A stretch of DNA of 64,000 nt from Antedon mediterranea (Eukaryota; Animalia; Echinodermata): contig NC_092673.1 of NCBI RefSeq assembly GCF_964355755.1, positions 23,929,648 through 23,993,647 on the forward strand, read 5' to 3'. Positions 11,835-24,500 of the stretch are shown here, piece by piece. The position numbers and the translations under genes were made by a program. Under the pieces are notes generated by a model that did not search any database, was not told the DNA's origin, and saw only the letters and a program-made list of their open reading frames with translations. Each line of letters starts with the position of its first letter. The first letter of the stretch is position 1.

Positions 11835-12738
11835 TAACGGTGTGTTGTGTAAAATAAGAATTATGCCAACATTTTTCGTATTTTAAACGGAGGAAACATC
11901 AGAAGTATAACCGTACAACATAATACAAATATCCTTACTTTGACACGTCACATACGGTGAATTGGGGTGGGGGTATAGTGTTTAAACCCCGCTCTAAGGG
12001 CGGGTAATTTTGCTAGTAGGCCTACGCTATAAAATACTATTATGTAAGCTATTATAATATCTATTTAAAGAGAGAGCACGTTTGTTCGTTATGTAGTTGC
12101 AAACATTCATCGGACATGGGTACGTTTGTTCGCTATGCTAATAGCTGCAAGCATCCATCCTACACATGGGGTAAAAATGACTGGAATTGCACTTCAAATG
12201 CTTTAAACATTTTAAGCCGGAAGTGACTAAAAAATGAATATACCCATTGGCTCTACTGCCACAAAAAACTCTATAAATAATCAATTATGGACGAAAGTGC
12301 AAATAGGATACCAATACGCATACCTATATTATCATTTTATAATAGTTATTCTATTTTTTATTGATCATGGATCAAACACACAATGATCGAGAACTGTCAA
12401 CTGAAATACTAGTAATTCACTGTATTATCCTTATATTATACTGATAGGCCTATAGTATTAGATAATTGTTCATGCAATATTTACATTTTCGAAATTTACT
12501 AAAATAACTTTTTCTAGGATAAAATGTATTGATTTCAATTGAATAATTGTTAATGTGTCATTATTCTAGCAGGCGCGACATCTTTATCGTTGACGCTAAT
12601 TTAATTCAAATAAAATAACAATATTGACAGATATTCAAGTTTTATTTATTTGTAATAAATACTAATTTAAATTTTTTTAAACCGTATATTTTTGATATAC
12701 AAATATACTTAATAAACAATAATTAACTTATAAAGTTA

Positions 12739-12913
12739 AGCGTGGTTCCCACTAGCGACGCAATGCAAGGACGTAACGCAACGCAAGTGAATTGACCAAT
12801 CACAAGCGATGGCTTATTCGCTTGTGATTGCTGTCTATAACTTCGCTTGTCATTGGTTAAAACGCTTGCGTTGCGTTTACGTCCTTGCGTTACGTTCTAG
12901 TGGGAACCAAGCT
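12739..12913. mobile_element. MITE family B (PIF/Harbinger-like)
   Basis: TIR AGC(G/T)TGGTTCCCACTAG..ACGCAACGCAAGGACGTAA; near-perfect long palindrome flanked by TTA/TAA. Confidence 0.8.
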
Positions 12914-15141
12914 TAAGTGAGCATGGAATAACCTTTAAATGTAAGAAAATTACTAGTTCAAATACGTAACCTTTTCGATTTCATATAATTGTCCTCATAG
13001 AAAACGTCACTTTTGACTAGGAGTGAAATATTAGGTTTATGCAGATATTAGAGAATTAGGATAACATGTTTCAAAGATAATACAGACATTTAATGGTTTG
13101 TCAATTCCAAAATGTATATTGCAATAAATTTTTTTAAGGAAAAAAAAGCAGCAGATTCACAATTTGATATTAACCACAAAATAAGCAAATAACATGGACA
13201 CACATACTATACCAAAGGTTTGTCAAGTTTGATGGTGTCAATTTAATATATGAATGGATTTGTTTAAGCAAGACTGGGACATAATATAGTACCCGGTGGA
13301 TTTGGCGTGGGTTTATGGAATTTTTTATGATTAATGACGACAACAAAATTGCAGAAATCATACTTTTACTGAAGCGTAACTTTAACATAAGAAGTATTAT
13401 ATATACTATAATGGCTACGTGCAATTGAAGATAATAGGTCTCTTAATTGACATACTTTACGGTAAGTGATAACATTTATGGAAAGCAATCGTCGCCAAAA
13501 CGACAACGACAAAACTTCCCGCACAAATTATTTCAAAGTGCCCGTGACGCTGCGTTTGCGTGCATCTTACTCGTTTGGTGTGACGAGTTGAAATCTAGTT
13601 AACGACCTGTTTTCTAAACGTCTTAATGCATACTACAGTAGCATTACGTCACTTGTAGTTTACACGACATTTACAAAACAATCTCTATTTAATCTCTTTA
13701 ATTGGTTGCTTTCCGTATATAATGCACGATACGTTTTAACTATGCACTGGTAAAGACTGAAAACTTTAAAATGGCGTCATGGACCTACAACAACTTACAG
13801 AACCTGAAGATGGCCATCTGTATAATAAATGAATAATCACAGTAATACATTTGCATATCAACGTATGCACAATGAAAGCGACAAAAAGCATAAAGTTTGG
13901 TAACATTTAGGAAACCAGCTTTAGGCTCCATCGGAAACTGGTTTGATCATTCTTAGAAAGACAAAGATATTATATAATATATCCCACTGCATAAATGAAC
14001 ATTTTCATATCACCTTGGAATTAAAAGCCAATTACAGTAGAGATATGACAATATTCCGCAGAGATTAGCAATAATTTACGGATGTTAATACCCATGTAGG
14101 CCAAACAGATTATTGAAAAAAATGCCATTAGATTAACTATCTAAAATTCTCGTCTCCAATTATCTACGTAAATGGTGAAAACGGTAAAAGTCTACGAAGT
14201 AAAGAACAATGCACAATCTTACTTTAAAATGTTTTTTAAAAAGACACCTACCATGTCATTAAATCGCCATTACATCAATAAGATATATAAGAAATTAAAG
14301 TTCCAGCACTACATAATAATGATTGATAAACAAACAGTAAAGTTTGTATATGATCCAGGGTATGGCATGGTGTTAGGCCAATTTGCATAAAAGTGGTCAC
14401 ATATGGGAGACGTCCGTATGGGAGTTTTGTTGCACACGGAATCAACAAATAAAAAAAAAGACTAATATTCATATAGCATGTTTTCACTTGCAGAGCTAGT
14501 GTTGCACGAAAGCTCTACTAATGTTTCTGGCTGTTTTACTTTATCGTTTTGATTTAGCTTTTTTCTTATTTTATTTTGTATCTCCATTGAGATCCAGCCA
14601 CTGCAATACCTACAGCACTATCATTATTTTCAGTAATCTCCCTTTGGATTTATATAATTCATTCATATATAGCGGCAGCATTGATTTGTTAAACTGGTAA
14701 ACAAATGGGCCTATACGTTTCACATATTGTCTGTATCATGTAAGGTTATATATACGGAAATATATATATTATCACTATAAGATGATGAATACCAAATATC
14801 GTGGCATTTATTTTTCAAAAAAGGAGTATTTCGATCCACAGTAGTTATTTGTTTGAATTTTCAATGACTCTAAATAAAGGCAAGACAAGCGATTACTTTC
14901 TGTGGACTAATAACACCAATCAGGACGCTTGGACTGATCGAACTTTTGCCTGTGATTGGTCAACTCACCTGCACTGCGCCTGCGTCATTACGTTTTGTCC
15001 AAAGGAAAACAATTTTTTAAAACAATTTTTAATACATTCAACGTAATTTATGTTCTGTATATTGTATTGTGTGAAACAATAAACTTGAAACGTCATTAAA
15101 TTTCATTATCATTATTAGCAGACGTAATTGGGAGGAAATAA

Positions 15142-15314
15142 AGCGTGGTTCCTACTAGAACGCAACGCAACGTAACGCAGCGACGTATTGACGCAAAGTG
15201 TTCTATTGCGTAATCACAAGTGGGAACCGACGACGCAACGGTGCTGCAAAGTCGCAGGTTTGATTTCACGTTGCGTAGTTTGCGTTACGTTGCGTCGCTA
15301 GTGGGAACCAGGCT
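15142..15314. mobile_element. MITE family B (variant interior)
   Basis: Same TIR, TAA target duplication. Confidence 0.75.
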
Positions 15315-15373
15315 TAAGGAACCCTTCCAATTATCAATATATAGTTGTAAATATGACAATAAATACTAACTAG

Positions 15374-16485
15374 AGCTTGGTTCCCATTAGGACGCAATGC
15401 AAGGACGTAAACGCAACGCAAGCGTATTGACCAATGACAAAGGACAGTGCAAATAATCCATCACTCGTGATTGGTCATCTCACTTTGTGTTGCGTCTCTA
15501 GTGAGAACCAAGTAGTATCGTATCGTATATATAGTGCAAATATATTAAATGTCAATGTACCTTTAACAAATAAATAAATAATCACCATGCTTGTAATAGT
15601 ATTACCATGATTTAAGTCTGCCACTTAGAACTCTCCATAATTATTATTAGGACTGTCAGTGTCATCAATGTCCGTTTAAGCTTAGTTCCCACTAGGACGT
15701 AACACAAGGACGTAAACGCAACGCAAGCAAGTTGACCCATGATAACCAACAGTTTGAATAATCCATCGTTGGGTCCCTCGAGTATGAGGCAGCGCAAAGA
15801 CGTACACTAAACGCAATTACGTACACGCAACGCAATTACGTACACGGAACGCAAGGACGTACACGGAACGCAAGGACGTACACGGAACGCAAGGACTTAC
15901 ACGCAACGCAAGTAATTTGATCAATCACAATTTCGATATTTACAAAAATTATATAAAACAAAAAAATGTGAATACTAATGCACAAAATGCCTTCAATATT
16001 TGAGGCAAAAAAAATATAGTCATTATAAATGTAATACAAAAAATACCACAAACTGATCTAATTTATATTTTGCTTTAATGTACACAGAGAATACATTTAT
16101 CCTAAAAAATTTTTAATGTACAATGATAATAAGTATAATGGACATAATGTCCACAGAAAATTCATTTTATGATTTTCCTGCTAACACAGAATCTCTTCAA
16201 TATTAGAATACATTTAACACAGTAACCTTACATTTATTTATATATTATGTATATATATTATATGACCGACAACAGCCTTAATTATTCATTTGAATAACTT
16301 GTGATTGATGTTGCATACGGTATAAAAATAAATCGGTGCTAAAGCTTGGTTCCCACTAGAACGTAACGCAAGGACGTAAACGCAACGCAAGCGTTTTAAC
16401 CAATGACAAGCGAAGTTATAGACAGTTAGCAATCACAAGCGAATAAGCCATCGCTTGTGATTGTTCAATTCACTTGCGTTGCGTT
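15374..16485. mobile_element. Cluster of further MITE family B copies (15374-15512, 15679-15930, 16343-16485)
   Basis: Repeated AGCTTGGTTCCCACTAG..ACGCAAGGACGTAAACGCAACGCAAG starts; the 15679 copy carries tandem GTACACGGAACGCAAGGAC expansions. Confidence 0.7.
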
Positions 16486-17239
16486 TGGTGTTTTTTGCCC
16501 TTTTCAAAATAAATTGAATTGAAAACGCTTGATTGAGAACTTCGCAAAAACCAGTCGAAAACACCTCAATGTACGAAGAGACTGGATTGTGAGAACTACA
16601 CAAAAACTAGTCGAATAAATCTTATTTAAAGCACAACGTAATGGTTGCATTTTCCCAAGGGTGTGGATATTCTCATAATTTGTTTATATAATATACAAAT
16701 AATATAAGAAATATGATTCCAAAGTTGTTATTATACAAATTGTTTAAGTTATGAGTTATTATTAAACTCAGAGAATTATAGTGCTCATTCTCCGTTTATT
16801 TGTCAATTAATAATTCCTCTATGTTAGGAACTATTACCTACAATGAATAAAATAGCTACTTTGAACGACAGTAATATGCTTACATGGTGTAGTATAACAC
16901 AAGCAAGGATTGATCGATGATTGGCTAAAACTTCTTTTTGAAGTACGCACTGGACTTGAATATTGTTTAAAGTCTAACGTGTTTAAAGTTGATAAAAAAA
17001 ATATCATTTAAATAAATAAATAATATAACTGTGTCAATTTAGTTTATAACAGTATTTAAGCCAATTTGATTCGAGATGTACCCATTTGTTATATTAGTCG
17101 GCGCTGATTGAAAATTATTAAATTTATGTATAAAATGTGTGTTTAATAACGTCTGATTATAAAGATGGACAAAATAATCTCTTGTAAGTGGTATAAATAA
17201 CCAAGTAAAAGCAGCACTGAATTGAAAGTACTGTAATAC

Positions 17240-18245
17240 CACTGATAGCGTTACTGTTTATAACAGCCACTTTAAACGCTACGCTACAACCTTAAAGGCT
17301 ACGCTATCCTGTTCGTAGCATTGTGACAATTTTAAATGCTATACCGCTGATACTGTCAATGTTTGTAGCATTGCGACACCATTTAAATGCTATACTGCTG
17401 ATAGTGTGACTGTTCATAGCATTGTGACACCCTTTAAATGCTATACTGCTGATAGTGTCACTGTTCGTAGCATTGCAAAACCCTATAAATGCTACACCAC
17501 TGATAGTGTTACTGTTTGTAGCATTGAGACACCCTTTAAATGCTATACTGCTGAGTGTCACTGTTCATAGCATTGTGACACCCTTTAAATGCTATACTGC
17601 TGATAGTGTGACTGTTCATAGCATTGCGACACCCTTTAAATGCTATATCGCTGATAGTGTCACTGTTCGTAGCATTGTGACACCACTTAAATGCTACATC
17701 GCTGATAGTGTTGCTGTTCGTAGCATTGTGACACCACTTAAATGCTACATCGCTGATAGTGTCACTGTTTGTAGCATTGAGACACCCTTTAAATGCTATA
17801 CTGCTGAGTGTCACTGTTCATAGCATTGTGACACCCTTTAAATGCTATACTGCTGATAGTATGACTGTTCAACAGCATTGTGACACCCTTTAAATGCTAT
17901 ATCGCTGATAGTGTCACTGTTCGTAGCATTGTGACACCACTTAAATGCTACATCGCTGATAGTGTTGCTGTTTGTAGCATTGCGACACCCTTTAAATGCT
18001 ATACCGCTGATAGTGTCACTGTTCATAGCATTGTGACACCACCATTTAAATGCTATAACACTGATAGTGTCACTTTTCAATAGCATTGCGACACCCTTTA
18101 AATGCTATAACGCTGATAGTGTCACTGTTCATAGCATTGTGACACCTTTTAAATGCTATACTGCTGATAGTGTTAATATTTGTAGCATTTTGACAAAATT
18201 TAAATGCTATACCGCTAATAGTGTGTCACTGTTTATAACATCGTG
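17240..18245. repeat. 51-bp minisatellite, about 19 copies, just downstream of KLHL20
   Basis: Unit TAGCATTGTGACACCCTTTAAATGCTATACTGCTGATAGTGTCACTGTTCA; 17-aa periodicity in spurious ORFs. Confidence 0.9.
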
Positions 18246-18555
18246 ACCTCAACTAAAATTCTACGCTTCCACTGATAGGGGCACCATTTATTGCATTGTG
18301 ACCTAAAATAAAAATCTGCAGCACCTCTAAGGCTTGGTGAAAATCACCAAGGATGGAGTGCCTATAGATAATACAGTACACACAAAACAGTTTCAACACA
18401 AAAAGGGTTATGTTATCAAACAGACTGCAGCACAACCAATCCAAAATAGCTGTTGCACAATTAATACGTCGCGCCACCAACAATGAGAGCCTAAGGCACC
18501 AAAAAGCACTAACCATGCATGCGAACACCAGAGTAGCACTGTGACACTATAAACA

Positions 18556-21500
18556 TCAGGTCCAGAGGTGAGTATCTGATTGCGGAAGTTTCACGACTCC
18601 AACTCCGCCCCCTAATCGCCTGAAGTTCATACTGCCACACATCTGCCACGACTTGCTGTCGGGGTCATACACCTCAACCGTTTTCAAGTAAGTTGTTCCG
18701 TCAAAACCGCCGACGGCCATTAGTTGCCCGTTGACCACAGCCAATCCAACCTAAAAGAAGTCAAGATAAATTAATCAATTTTAAATAATTTACCAGGAAA
18801 AAAATAAAATCAACTTGCAGACATCAAGTAGGTAAAACAATTTATTCATTAGAATTTTCAAAATAAATTTAACAATTCATATTTTACAGAAATGCTACTG
18901 AATACTTCTGGCTGGCCAATAATATCTAAAAATGAAGGTTTTGCATATTGGTAGTAAACATCTGGAACATTACAATAACATATGGTTCTTCGGGTTCAGA
19001 ACATATTTTAAAAAGTAGGGGGAAAAAAGGTTTTTTATGCTCAAAAATACTGTACTACACAAAGATTTGGTTTGACCTACGACCTACGTACGTTGTTGGA
19101 CGTCACCTAGATCTAGAATCTGCCAAAAGAATCGAGTGGGAAAGCACATCCCAATGTCTCTGATTGCGCACAGCTAGTTGTTAAGTCGTAGGTCATCACA
19201 AATAAAATAATTATTTCCTACCCCACTACGTCTAGAATTCATAGCTACAATGGGTTTCCAGGTATTAGAAGCTGATTCATATCGTTCAGCACTACTCAAT
19301 TCTGTCTGGTCATCTCGTCCTCCTACAGCATACAGCATGTCGTTGAATACTGAGCACCCCAGATGTTTTCTCCGCGTTCCCATTGGTGCCACTGGTGTCC
19401 ACTTGTTCATGCGAGGGTCATATCTTTCCACTGAAAATGGGAGGAAATATAGTGATACCTTTTATATCTCAAAATTGACACCAAGAAAGTTGGATGGAGG
19501 TTTTGTTCATGAATAGCTTAAAGATATATTGTCCCCCTAAACAAATTTTTTTGTTGAATATGTCTTTTTAATGTCACATAATAGTTATTCACTTTGACCA
19601 AAAGCTGGAAAAAAAAATGATTAAATGAAAAAATGTAATTCAAAGCAAAAAATACTTTTAAGTTTTAAAATTGTCTGTCAGACAATGGTTTTTGGTTAAA
19701 ATTAACCGTTTCGTATGTCTTTTTAAAAATGAAATCTTATTTTTTTTGTTTTTTTTACAGAAGTGAATAACTTTATTAAAACTGCAAAATGGACTATTTA
19801 AAGTTAGATTTTATTAATCTTCATTTTTCATATTCATTTTTGGGGGACAATACATCTTTAAAAAACAAGTTTGTTTCCAACTTACAATTTAAGGCTCATA
19901 TGCAAAATATCAGAAAGTGAATATATAGAACCCAGTACGTATCATTATAATGGTGTTATACGATTTTAACTTTTCTAATCAATGCTTTGTGCAGCTTCCT
20001 GAATGAGTTAATGTGAATGTTCATATTCTTTAACCGCAGTGTGAACACATAGTTAAACTTTTTGCTGAAACTGAACATACATGTAATTAGAGGGTGATTG
20101 ATTAAAAAAAGGGTGAAGGTTAAAAGAGCAAAAAAATTACATTCCTGTTTAAAACTATTTTTACATCCAGAATCAGTCTCAGTGTAAATGTAGCTTTAAG
20201 TGATACATCATATTGATGGTAACAACATCATAATATCGACATAATCAATTAAATTAATATGGATACAGAAATTAGTACAACTCAATTATTCATTCTATTC
20301 ATTAATATAATCCAGACATAACGATCAAGTTATTACAACGCTGATTCACACTTTAATTATTTCTGCAAACTTAAATTATTTTGCTCATTTACATAAAATT
20401 TAATTGAAAGAGCTCAATATGATTGCACTTGAATGGATATTATTTAATTATAATTGTTTTAGGGTTCTAAAATACCGAAAAAAACACATTACTATTGGAT
20501 GGTATCTTTAAACCAGAAGCAAATTTTTAATAAAATGTCAACATTATAATTTATATGCATTTTCTACATTTCGGGCAATTGAGGAAGAGACGGGAGGAGA
20601 TGGTAGAGTGGACACTATTAGAGCCTGTTACTGCTGACAAGGAAAAAATGTCTTAAAACTAATATTTGTTTCCTCTGTCACTAGAAATGGTTTTAAATAA
20701 AAAAAAAATTCCAATTGTTTCTGATCTCGAAAAAAAAAAATTGTTAGCTGTAACACAATCATGGTCTCAATTTGACCTCAATTCAGAAAGTCACACTGAC
20801 TGGAGCAAACATTTGACTACTCTCTGTAGATAATTATATTGAATGTCATTAACATGAACGATCTTATTTCATCTTTGTTATACTAAACTACTAACGGTTT
20901 CTTAAAAATACATCAGAAACAGACTATCATTCAGTCATGGTACCAAACCAAACTGTAAATGCCAAGGGTATATTTTAATATACTGTATAACACACCTGAT
21001 TGTATGGAATTTAATTGATCAATTACGCATCACATGTTATTTGGATAATAAACGGCTCTAATGCACGTTCAACTTTCTGTAAACATTTTGAGAATTGTTG
21101 CTACGCAGCATTATTGACTGATCGCAATCGGAAATCAATTTGTTGTGCGCGCCGTCTATAACTATTCTTACTCCACGCCCAAAGTCAGAGCACTGCTTTT
21201 TTTAAGGCCTAGCATTCATCAATGATTTAGGATGGATAAATTGAATAAAGGCAGGTGTGTTATTAAACAAATAATGAATGTTTTGTATTCATTGAATGGA
21301 AAGAATGTCATAGTATTTTTAACGAGGCGCAATACAGCAGCCAATGAAATATTCTCACCATCCAACTCATAAACATTCATTATTTGTATAATATAACACG
21401 CCAAGTGTGTTAAAGATTCGCTATCCAATCAATTTGAACTAAAACATGAAAGCCCCAAGTTCCGAGTTCAAATCTTGGTTGGGCTGTATTTGGACTGTAT

Positions 21501-24500
21501 TTGTGATAACTAGGTTTTTTTTGGCAGGGGGTTGCTATGAGGTGGGGGAGTGGGGATTTTTCAGAAGTACTGCTAATATTTGCTTGGATTACTCATGTCT
21601 CAAAACATAAAATAGTTCAAAGAGCTTGTTTGTTTGATGGGCAGCAGTGCTTTAGCATAGGCTAGCATGTTGGATAATCGTTTGTTTGATTTCATCAACG
21701 ATGCATGTCCTTCTGCTATTTTATCCCTGGTCTACAGTACTATATTCCCTGTGTTAATGGTGTATGGCTAATTTCAATACTATAGAACTTATTATAGAGT
21801 TGTGGGCTATGGTTTAACAATTGAAAGCATTCTTTTGTCATTTTAATTTTACTTCATGATAGCAACGAATGTCTAACAAAGCTGCATAGTAATATTCATC
21901 CAAGTTGCTGGCTAAGAATTCATTCTAATTTAATCATCATTTAAAAATTCAATTAATTCAGGACAATGATCCTTAATAAACCTGTTGAATAATTAATTAC
22001 CAACAAAACAGTTTAATGATGATTATATTTTTAGAATTTAAAAAACAAATTTATAAATTTCTATTTAATCAAGAACATTGAAATAAATATGTAAATAAAA
22101 ACGTCAGGACATGATTTTTACATACCGGTAGTTATATTTATCAGAAATATGTAACAAAAAATGAGTTTATTACCATTTACCGGAAACGATAAATATTGGA
22201 CACACCTACATTATTAGGGAATGCTTTCTCATGAAATAAACGAGGGGAATATGCTCAAACACTACGGTCAATCCGTAATAAGTGGACACTTTGTTGGGTC
22301 TTAAAGTGTTTCTTAGAGGTTCTGTCTGTACTACAAATTGGTCAGATAATATTCCCTACTCTGGCAAAATATAACAGACTATTAACTTGGCCCCGACGCA
22401 AGTTGGTGGTCTAGTTATGAACGGCAGGCTAGTGATCGCGAGGTCGTGGGTTGGAGCGAACTGTTTCCTTGGCCTCGACGCAAGTTGGTGGTCTAGTTAT
22501 GAACGTCAGGCTAGTGATTGGGAGGTTGTGGGTTGGAGCGGACTGTTTCCTTGGCCTCGACGCAAGTTGGTGGTCTAGTTATGAACGTCAGGCTAGTGAT
22601 TGGGAGGTTGTGGGTTGGAGCGGACTGTTTCCTTGGCCTCGACGCAAGTTGGTGGTCTAGTTATGAACGTCAGGCTAGCGATTGGGAGGTTGTGGGTTGG
22701 AGCGGACTGTTTCCTTGGCCTCGATGCAAGTTGGTGGTCTAGTTATGAACACCAGGCTAGTGATTGGGAGGTTGTGGGTTGGAGCGGACTGTTTCCTTGG
22801 CCTCGACGCAAGTTGGTGGTCTAGTTATGAACGGCAAGCTAGTGATCGGGAGGTTGTGGGTTGGAGTGGACTGTTTCCTTGGCCTCGACGCAAGTTGGTG
22901 GTCTAGTTATGAACACCAGGCTAGTGATTGGGAGGTTGTGGGTTGGAGCGGACTGTTTCCTTGGCCTCGACGCAAGTTGGTGGTCTAGTTATGAACACCA
23001 GGCTAGTGATTGGGAGGTTGTGGGTTGGAGCGGACTGTTTCCTTGGCCTCGATGCAAGTTGGTGGTCTAGTTATGAACACCAGGTTAGTGATTGGGAGGT
23101 TGTGGGTTAGAGCGGACTGTTTCCTTGGCGTCGACGCAAGTTGGTGGTCTAGTTATGAACACCAGGCTAGTGATTGGGAGGTTGTGGGTTGGAGCGGACT
23201 GTTTCCTTGGCCTCGACGCAAGTTGGTGGTCTAGTTATGAACACCAGGCTAGTGATTGGGAGGTTGTGGGTTGGAGCGGACTGTTTCCTTGGCCTCGATG
23301 CAAGTTGGTGGTCTAGTTATGAACACCAGGCTAGTGATTGGGAGGTTGTGGGTTGGAGCGGACTGTTTCCTTGGCCTCGACGCAAGTTGGTGGTCTAGTT
23401 ATGAACACCAGGCTAGTGATTGGGAGGTTGTGGGTTGGAGCGGACTGTTTCCTTGGCCTCGATGCAAGTTGGTGGTCTAGTTATGAACACCAGGCTGGTG
23501 ATTGGGAGGTTGTGGGTTGAAGCGGACTGTTTCCTTGGCCTCGACGCAAGTTGGTGGTCTAGTTATGAACACCAGGCTAGTGATTGGGAGGTTGTGGGTT
23601 GGAGCGGACGGTTTCCTTGGCCTCGACGCAAGTTGGTGGTCTAGTTATGAACACCAGGCTAGTGATTGGGAGGTTGTGGGTTGGAGCGGACGGTTTCCTT
23701 GGCCTCAACGCAAGTTGGTGGTCTAGTTTTGAACACCAGGCTAGTGATTGGGAGGTTGTGGGTTGGAGCGGACTGTTTCCTTGGCCTCGACGCAAGTTGG
23801 TGGTCTAGTTATGAACACCAGGCTAGTGATTGGGAGGTTGTGGGTTGGAGCGGACTGTTTCCTTGGCCTCGAAGCAAGTTGGTGGTCTAGTTATGAACAC
23901 CAGGCTAGTGATTGGGAGGTTGTGGGTTGGAGCGGACTGTTTCCTTGGCCTCGACGCAAGTTGGTGGTACCAGGCTAGTGATTGGGAGGTTGTGGGTTGA
24001 AGCGGACTGTTTCCTTGGCCTCGACGCAAGTTGGTAGTCTAGTTATGAACACCAGGCTAGTGATTGGGAGGTTGTGGGTTGGAGCGGACTGTTTCCTTGG
24101 CCTCGACGCAAGTTGGTGGTCTAGTTATGAACGGCAGGCTAGTGATTGGGAGGTTGTGGGTTGGAGCGGACTGTTTCCTTGACCTCGACGCAAGTTGGTG
24201 GTCTAGTTATTTATAAACGCCAGGCTAGTGATTGGGAGGTTGTGGGTTGGAGCGGACGGTTTCCTTGGCCTCGACGCAAGTTGGTGGTCTAGTTATGAAC
24301 ACCAGGCTAGTGATTGGGAGGTTGTGGGTTGGAGCGGACTGTTTCCTTGGCCTCGACGCAAGTTGGTGGTCTAGTTATGAACACCAGGCTAGTGATTGGG
24401 AGGTTGTGGGTTGGAGCGGACTGTTTTCTTGGCCTCGACGCAAGTTGGTTGTCTAGTTATGAACACCAGGCTAGTGATTGGGAGGTTGTGGGTTGGAGCG

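Noticed and set aside
13905-13970. Possible LINE RT remnant (KPALGSIGNWFDHS*KDK)
   Set aside because: Only a short, weak resemblance to a KSLGKWF-type motif; too little to call.
17240-18245. ORFs of 67-122 aa, or a CRISPR-like palindromic repeat
   Set aside because: 51-bp minisatellite without spacers; the ORFs merely repeat the unit.
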